In this document: positions 54,901 to 63,900 of the stretch, piece after piece
How positions within the stretch are numbered: the first letter of the stretch is position 1
Layout of the letters: each line of letters starts with the position of its first letter
From: Antedon mediterranea
Lineage: Eukaryota > Animalia > Echinodermata
DNA: 64,000 nt
Direction: 5' to 3'
Assembly (NCBI RefSeq): GCF_964355755.1
Contig: NC_092676.1
Location: forward strand, 18,618,871-18,682,870
The notes under the pieces: generated by a model
What the model was told of the DNA's origin: nothing
Database searches by the model: none
What the model saw: only the letters and a program-made list of their open reading frames with translations
Position numbers and translations under genes: made by a program

Positions 54901-57900
54901 TTGACCAATCCGAATAGATGAATTTGAAATAAAATGCAATTCCCACGTTGTTTGGTTTTAGTATAATCCACCAATGTCTACTATAGTATAATTGGCTGAT
55001 CTATCAGTCCACTGTTGAACACACCCCTCCTCAAGTATTTACATCATTGATATGCAACATCTACTCAATAATCAGACCCACATCTTTCTGAAAGATGAAC
55101 TGGGTTCTTTTAAATGCACAAGTCAGACAGATGTGTACATTACACCTCCATTTTATCAGTCCACTGATGATGGACATATCCCCCTCCCAATTATTCTACC
55201 TTTGTTACATCATTTAGAGGCATTTGGTCTATATCCACTAAATGATCAGATCCCACTCTTTTTGAAAGATGAACTGGGTTCTTTAAAGTGCACAATTAGA
55301 CAGACAGATCTATCAGTCCATTTATGAACATATCCTCCTCGCAAGTATTCCACCTTTGTAAGAAGACTTGTTCTACCACAGCAGAACTATGGTCTGGGAG
55401 AGTCTTAAGCCTGGGCTGTTTATCCCTTTGTAAAATTTAAATTATATCAACTTCCTTTCACATTTCTTTTTCTTTGCACAAATCTTGAAGTCTAATAGTT
55501 AAACACACCTAGTATATGAGAGTTTTAAAGACTAAAAATTTACATTTAACTAGTTTGCATGTTCATATATTAGTATTGACGGGCATTAAGTTGCTTGTTT
55601 AGCCATTTATTGGATTAGCTTGTATGACTAACTAGAGTAGATCCGATTAAGAAGCTATGATTGTAATGTCAGATTACTACTATGTTTTCCCTCAAGACTT
55701 TTCGTTTTCATTGATTTCTTGGTTTAGTTCATAATGCTATTAATCATTTTCAAGAAAGTAATGGAATGAGGCAATGACCATGTGTCTATGTTCTCTAAAT
55801 ATTGAATATAAATGGCTTTTAAACCATACAATAGATTGAAGTGACACTTTACCCATGGCGATCCTGTAGAGGATGACATTCGACCTAAATTAGGGAAAGT
55901 TTCAAGTGTGATAATACTCTAAATAATACTCTGTTTTGTGTTATAAATACAAAACACCAAAAAAATAATTTGATTTATTAAGGTCTATTTCTACACTATC
56001 AAACTTTATGTGACAAAATGTGATGTGCCCATATATGGACATGATGATGTCATATCACTACCATACTACCATATTTAGGCAGAAACAAACACATAACCTC
56101 TTGGCATCCTGGCGGAGGTAGTATCGATTTTACTTTAAACATAAAATTAAAATTTATATTTTAGCAGTTTAAACTAATTACACTTTTAACCCCTGAGATA
56201 CTTTGCTTATTTCCAAATATCATTAGTAAAACATGGATCATAAACTCCATCAAGGTCAACAATAATATAGTTTAAAGGTATGTAAATCAATATTCATAGA
56301 ATCTTACCTGTAGGTGGCAGCATACTGAATACATTGACAAATTATAATTTGATTTGATTACCGTAATAATATTTTCTTTCACAACATAATGTTTACCTTA
56401 CATCAACTTGGATATGAAGCATCAGTAAAGTACATTAACATTTGAAAGAACAGGCTCAAGATGAATTCTTTAACTTCTCTTATAGTTTCTTTTAAGATGT
56501 TGTATGAACTTTCTTTTCTTTGAGTTCTTTTTGTTTAGTTTAAGAGGTGAATGATTTTGTATAATTAATTTGAAACCAAAACCTTTTAAATAATTTTGAA
56601 CCTACAAATTGATTGAAGAGTTATTGGCTTAAAGATAATAAATTAATATAGCCTTGTGTGTTGTTGACACTTTTTATTAGTACGTTGCTTTAGTGTATTT
56701 TATGATCTGGTTGTACTAACACTATTAAACAATTGCCAAACTCATTGGTTTCCAATTGCACTTGTGTTTAAGTGGTGTATTACCGTTGAAATAACCCCCC
56801 TGGGTTAAGCTTGTAATTAGCTTTCATGCAAGAAAGAAGAAAATTAATATACATATGTGAAGACTGCCACCAAGAGTTTGTTGCTCATTTTGTAGAATGT
56901 TGTTAGCACACATTATTGATAGCTTGATAATAAAGGAGGGAAGATAGGGGGAAAGAGAGGGAAGGAAAATGTGTGAGATAAGAGGAGAGATAAAGAAGGA
57001 ACACTTGGATTTTATATATATCTTTTAAAATAAAACTACTTCGTATTGGATATATTTAATTGTTTGCCGGAATAATGGATGATTTCCGATGTTATAGTCC
57101 TGAAGTATGGGTAAGTTTTTAGATGTATATAGATATTTTATTTTTATAATATATTTTTTGACCTATAATACTAATAGCTTTACAAACTATAATTTATTTA
57201 TTTTATATAAACCTACCTAGTGGCAAGACACACTCTCTGTGCTTTTTGCAAACCATTTCCATGGATCCTCTTATGGTAACAAAGTGGACCCTAAAATATT
57301 GCCACCTTATCACTGCAACAGTGCAGTTATTGAAGGATAGATTAAGCTTGTAAGTGGGCATGGTTTTCACTGATCATGGAACAATATTTATTAAATATCA
57401 ACTCCAAAACATGATATAACAAAATTTGGTTTTAAACGTAAAGTAAAAGCGATATTAGCATATGCGGTTCTCAAAAACTGTATGAAAAAGGCTTTCAAGC
57501 CATTTGATACTTCAAAATGACATTTTCCGATTTTATTATAGATATTAATATGATCCAGTTCTCCAGTACTTAAAGCATTGTGTGACTGTAAAGACTCATC
57601 AGTATAATTTATTTGTAATGGTCAAATGTGAATTGTAGCATTCTGCCTCACTACCTGATACGTTGTGGTTTGGTTAGCGGCCGCGTAAAGAGTCGCTAAA
57701 CATTTATGAGTCCATGATGCATTACGTAGTTCTACGGTAGTAATTGGCCGAGTTGAGGCTTAAAAGCAGCCGTTATTTTCTGTAATACCTGCATGCACAT
57801 TCATTATTTCTTTCACATCACTTAACAAAACAAAAACATAATGTGAACAATTTGCTTTTTACATGGCACCTTGTCTTAATGGAACCTTTTTACTTCAAAA

Positions 57901-60900
57901 TTGTATATAATTTACTTCTAGTGTGCTAGTTCTAGAGATGTTTTACCATCTTTACCTAATATGCAAAGCTTTTAATATATTCTTTAAGGCACATATATAT
58001 GTATGTATTTATGTTACACACAAAGTAAGAGAATAAATGAATGGTTTAGTTCCAAACTTTTGGCTGTGTAAATCTTATGAACTTGATTCAAAGCAACACC
58101 TTTAACTAGAATTAAAATATGATACCGAGTTTACAAATTTGTGTGATGAAATATACAAAATTGGGAACCATTTGAAAATAGCCTATAGGTAATATGTTGC
58201 AATATTAACAAATTAAACTTTGAAATATAATCAAATTCTATTGAAAGAAACAAATTGTTCCATTTACAAAATTATTTTATAACTTATATTTACACAGCAC
58301 TGTCATTTTTTCAGTAATTTGCCTTTGGATTAATATTTTGAAATCATCAATTTTTTTTCAGTATAATAACATCCAAATATAAGAGCTATCAACTTTTCAG
58401 GAACCCTTATAGAATCATTTTTAAATCAATTGTGTAAATCACAACATTACAACTAGAAGCAAAGCACCCTAGTATAAAAATAGTATAAACAAATATACAG
58501 TAAACAAAAAACAAAAAACACCCAACCCAAGGTACATATAGCATGCATTTATGTTTGAATATAATAAAAATGTAAATATTGCAAAATTACATAATATATA
58601 AATGACATTAAAATGTTATTGCAAAATATAAAAAAAAGAAAAGCTCTACAACAAAGCTGTAATATAGATCATGCAAACTATTTGTGCAAAAGTCCTAAGA
58701 ACTGTTATCATTACTTCCACAAAAAAAAAGATATTTTGTCCAATCTCAAAGTTCTCAGTACTGTATGAATTAATCTATGACATCTTTTATAGAAAAAAAA
58801 AAGTTACTTTGGAAATAAAAAAATCTTGAATGTTTGACTGCAAAGTGTAACAAAATATTTGATAAAAAAGAAAAAAATTAATCTTTCTCAATAAAATTTG
58901 TAATAAAATATATTTTACTTTTTGACCTTTATCATATTAAACTATTATAAGATAAAAATCTCTATAAATGTAAATTCATTGGTAAAACTTGATGAAGACA
59001 GATTTTTATTACGTGATTCGCACTTAAATTGCGTAATATTAGCACCAAGATGATTGGCTTATGTCGATGTGTCATGCAGAACACTACATTTCTCTCATTT
59101 TTTTTTTCATTTTCGTAACTTATTTAAATTTTTTTACCACGTTTTACAATTTGAATTGTTGCTGTTCTGTGTTCACAAACCAAATTCCTTTGAAGGAGAT
59201 TTGAGAGACATTTTAAAAATTTGTTTCTCTGATTTTGTATCCTTTTGTATAAAAAACATAATTTAATTGGTAAAGGCTACATTATTTCAATTTAATCAAA
59301 TAGTAATAAAAAGAATTAAATGTTATTTATAAACCGGTACATACAGATATTTCTGCAATAAATGTACACATTTTTAAATGAAGAAAAAATATTCTTCTCA
59401 ACCTAATTTAAGTTAATAAAAGAATTTTAGTGCACTGTTAAATTGAGATAATCCACAAATCTTTCAGTACAACAAACAAAAGAAAACACATTGAACAGCT
59501 TGCAATGCAATTTTTACTATTTATATCTATACTATATATTTTTTTAACCAGCAAAATGAATATCCTGATTAATTTGGACAGAATTGGAACAATCGATATG
59601 CAAAAATTGAATTCAATAATACTTCATTGCACACTGTTACAACCCTTAAGCCATCAGTCGGTTTAGGGTGACTAAAACATTGCTTGTTGACATACTTGCA
59701 TGTTTTGCAAATTATAGTCACTTTCAAAATGTTTAAAGCAACGTCTAATGCATGTGAAAAGGTGCTGGAAAGCAGGGAAATACTTAGGAAAGGCACCCTG
59801 TACTGCATTCAAATAGGAAGATGATTGGGAAAGGACACTGGAAGGCATGGGAAAGGAAACTGGAAAACATGGAATAGGTATGAAATTGAAAGTGCACTTG
59901 AAGGCACAGAAAAGGCCAACTGTGAAGTGCACTTGAAGGCATGGAAGGGGGCGAGTGAATGAGAAAAGAAGGAAGGGAGAATGTATGGGAAAGGGAAAAG
60001 GACACTGGAAGGCATGGAAAGGGCGAGTGCATGGGAAGGAAAGAAGAATGTATGGGAAAGGGAACTGGAAAACATGGAGGGATGAAATTGAAAGTGCACT
60101 TGAAGACACAGAAACTGTATAGGAAGGCACTGGAAGGCATTGGAATTTCCAAATGTATAGAAAAGTCGTATAATATAATAATTTCACTACAAAATTTAGG
60201 TTGAAGTTTAGAATATATAATAAAAGAAGATAAGATAAGAACAGAATTATAATAAACTCAACTAATTTTACACCGTAGGAATAGCCAGTCATACTTCATT
60301 CATTTACATATTCTTTAAAAAATATTGACAACTATTTTATGGGCTTGAGTTTCTTTTGGCAAGCTATATTTTTTCACAGTTAACGATCGGTGCAAAGCAC
60401 AGTGTTCATGACATATGATCCTGTGAATACTAGTGTTCATAATGTACTGCAGAATCGTAGATATATATAAAGCAGTTATGATAGGCTATGAACGTATCAG
60501 ACATGTGTTCCTATAAAGAGAACTTTGATTTCAGATAATTGAAATAAACGATTGCGATCATTTGTCTTCTTTAAGCATTTCAATCCAATTTATTAGACAG
60601 TACTTTGCATGACTTTAGATCTAGTATACTCTTGATGTGTTCATATAACCTCTAATCTGCTCAATTTCACCAATGGATCAATAATGTTACATATCATTTC
60701 CTATTCGAACTGCTGATTTTCTGTATTTTACAAATTTCAGATGAAAATTAAATTGTTACATAAATTGAAGACAGTGTAATTCATACCGTAGCTAGGGAAA
60801 TTAACTTCTGTAGTAGTTATTAGTAGATGAATTTAAATTTAATAGTCTTTGATACTTCGAGGTAGAAATGAACCTATCTCACTTTCTACAGCCTTCATTA

Positions 60901-63900
60901 TAAATGATTGGCCTCTCTTCATCTTCATTACTTTCCAAATTCAAACAAAATAATATATATCAGAAGAATGAGCAATCTGGAATTTTTTTTGTACAGTATT
61001 ACTAGTTATGGTTTCCCAAGGAGTAGTAGTACCGAAGCAAAGCCTTTGCACTCTTTTTCCTCCTGATAAATGTACCCGTTACTCATACCATTCGGGCTAG
61101 GCCATCTTCGAAATGTACTAAAATATGTATTATGTGCTTTGGACCAATTCCTCTCGAATGGCCTAACACAATTCAATCAACAAACATTCAGATATGTAAC
61201 ATTTTAAGTTGCAAAAGTCAAACTCTTGTTTAGTTTTAATTTTTATAAAAGTTTTTCTAAATATATTAATTAGAAATAGCTATCACAGAGAATAAATTTA
61301 TACAAACTGTTTTAATAGTTTTGATACAAATCAGTTTGTATAGATCACATGCTCTCTCTTAAATAACAAATTATTCTATTCTGCTGCGAGCAAATAACTG
61401 ATTAATATTACCTCATGAATAAATTGTCCCCTATTTGATTTAATCATTTAAAACAGAATTGCCGATTTTACATTATGGGGGAAATCATATGATTTTTTCC
61501 ATTTTAAATTTTGAGTAATTCTAGTTCTTACTGTTAACAGTTTGATATGTCTGAAATAACTTTTATATAGAGTTTTTTCTCAAAATAAGGAGTTTTGAGA
61601 TTTTGGATCCTCTTTCCTCAATTCACTATTGTGTTATACTTCTGTTACATTACCATTTTTAAATGAATTAGAGGAAACATATTGCTTGGTAGCCAAAACT
61701 GAAATGAGTTGCTAAACACCTTTACATTGTAATACCAATTTCCTTAATATATAATGATTTTGTTATTTTGTAGGCGATAAAAGAAGCTCTTGATACACTG
61801 ACAGCCAATGTTGAGGGTGTAAGTGCAGAACAGCATGCTGTACTTTGTAGAACAACAGCCGAACAAAAGAAACGCTTAGAAGCTAATATGGAACGAATGA
61901 AAGGAAAGCTAAACCAGGTTGAAAAGGAATATAATGACAGGGAAAGGTAAATACTGCTAAGGACCAACCTCTAATAAGGGACTCTTTGTTTGAGTTTTTA
62001 CCCTATTTCCTAGATTAATATACAAATATATGTTTTGTGTTTAATTAAAGTATTATTAATCAAATTGCAAATTACTGTGGATATCAGTGGCTAGATAACA
62101 AGAGAAAGTTCAAATGAATTTTAAGAAAAACCTAAATCAAACTGAGTTAAATATCCAGAAATAAATTGCAGAGCTTTTGGCTAATAATAATAACAATTGA
62201 TATAAAATGAAATAAATAATATCCACCAATGTCCACTTTTTCCATGATTGTTTCTAAAAAACTTGTTGCTATTATAATGGCTGAAGAATATAGAGTTATC
62301 CAGTGGTGTGTCAGCAACAGAGCGCATCATGTTTGATTCCTCAACTCCTATAATATACAACATATATAATGACATTTTAAACAATAATACATGCAGCAGT
62401 GATCATAATTGCTAATCTGTAGAATTGTGTCAATTCAGCTATGCACAATTATTTTCACTAAATAAATATACCTTTGAATAATAAATTGTTATATCACTAT
62501 AATATCTCTATGGTTATATAGTATAAAATCCTTTTTTTTAAAATAATCAATTTCATTGCATATAAGGAAAACAGACCTGTATTAATGACACACGTTGGAG
62601 TTTTTTTTTTAGCTAAGATTGAATTTACAATTTGAATGTTTCTTTATTAAATGAATAAAAAATGTATTTGTCATATGAAAGCTGCCACTGTTATTAAAAT
62701 CAATAAAATACTATTAAAATGCTGTCACTGATAAATGGTCATCTACAAACATGATAGCTTTTAAGTTACACTCGATCATTAGATTATGTTTGCAATATTT
62801 TGCGATAGATTAAAATGTTTTGATCGTCTCTTAAATCTATATTTTGCCTGCCCGTCTAAACTGAAATCCAATGGATTATTGAACCTCTAGTCGCCAGTGC
62901 ATTTGTCATTCAATTAGCAAATCAAATGATCGGATGACACATTGATTGTCAAGTCTTTAGATGGGTCATACAATGTGTCAACGAGACCTGACAGATTTTT
63001 GTTGTAAATTAATTTGCTTCATTTAAAATGTACTTGTTTTGATACATCTATAGTAAAGGCCCATTCACACTAGGACGATAACGATCGACGATAAATATAT
63101 AAGCATGCATTTTTTTAACATAAAACAAAAGAAATTAGAAAGGGTTTCGTTCTAGGACTATAGGATAATCATTTATGCTGTCTTTGATAAAAATAATATT
63201 TTTAAAATTCCAATCAAATGACGTCATGATACATAAAAACAATAAAATCGTTGTATTGTCACATTATTATTGCTCTTACTAATCATGACGTCATTTGATT
63301 GGACGTGTGAAAATATAATTTTCATCAAAGGAAGCATAGATGGTTATTCTATAGTTCTAGAATGAAAAGGTTTTATATTTCTTTTATTTTATGTATGAAA
63401 AATGCAAATTATTGTCTATTATTGTTGATCGTTATCGTCCTAGTGTGAATGGGCCTTTAAGCTGTATAAGGTGTAGAATATGTAGAATATATACGTTCAG
63501 TTACCATACCATCAACACAATCTTATTTAAAATAGCTTCATGATTTCAGTTCAACTGAAGCAGACCTATTTGATTCCCAAAAACGTGTATTTGTTTAAAT
63601 ATAGTAGTAGTGTTCACTTATGAGATGAGAGGCTTGTTGGCCAATAGAAAGACCAACTTTTTAGCGTATATACAGTATAACTGATATATATCGTGCCTTC
63701 TAATTTTCTCAATTTTGTAATTTATTTAATTAATTGTTTAAAATATGTTGCACAGAAATTCTGTTAAGTAAATACAAATAGGAACCATAATATATAAAGT
63801 GTATGGGCAAATGTGTACTATTATCAAATTGTGAAGATAAATATTCATACAATTCTAGTATGTAATCTTTATTATTACATTATTTTAAAATATTTGTTAT

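Noticed and set aside
59569-60292. Several overlapping ORFs up to 206 aa
   Set aside because: Products of a purine-rich degenerate repeat; low-complexity F/P/S or K/G/E composition.
10505-61967. Minus-strand ORFs overlapping dystrophin exons (e.g. 10505, 15842, 26054, 27927, 34574, 36267, 61722)
   Set aside because: Antisense shadows of real coding exons.
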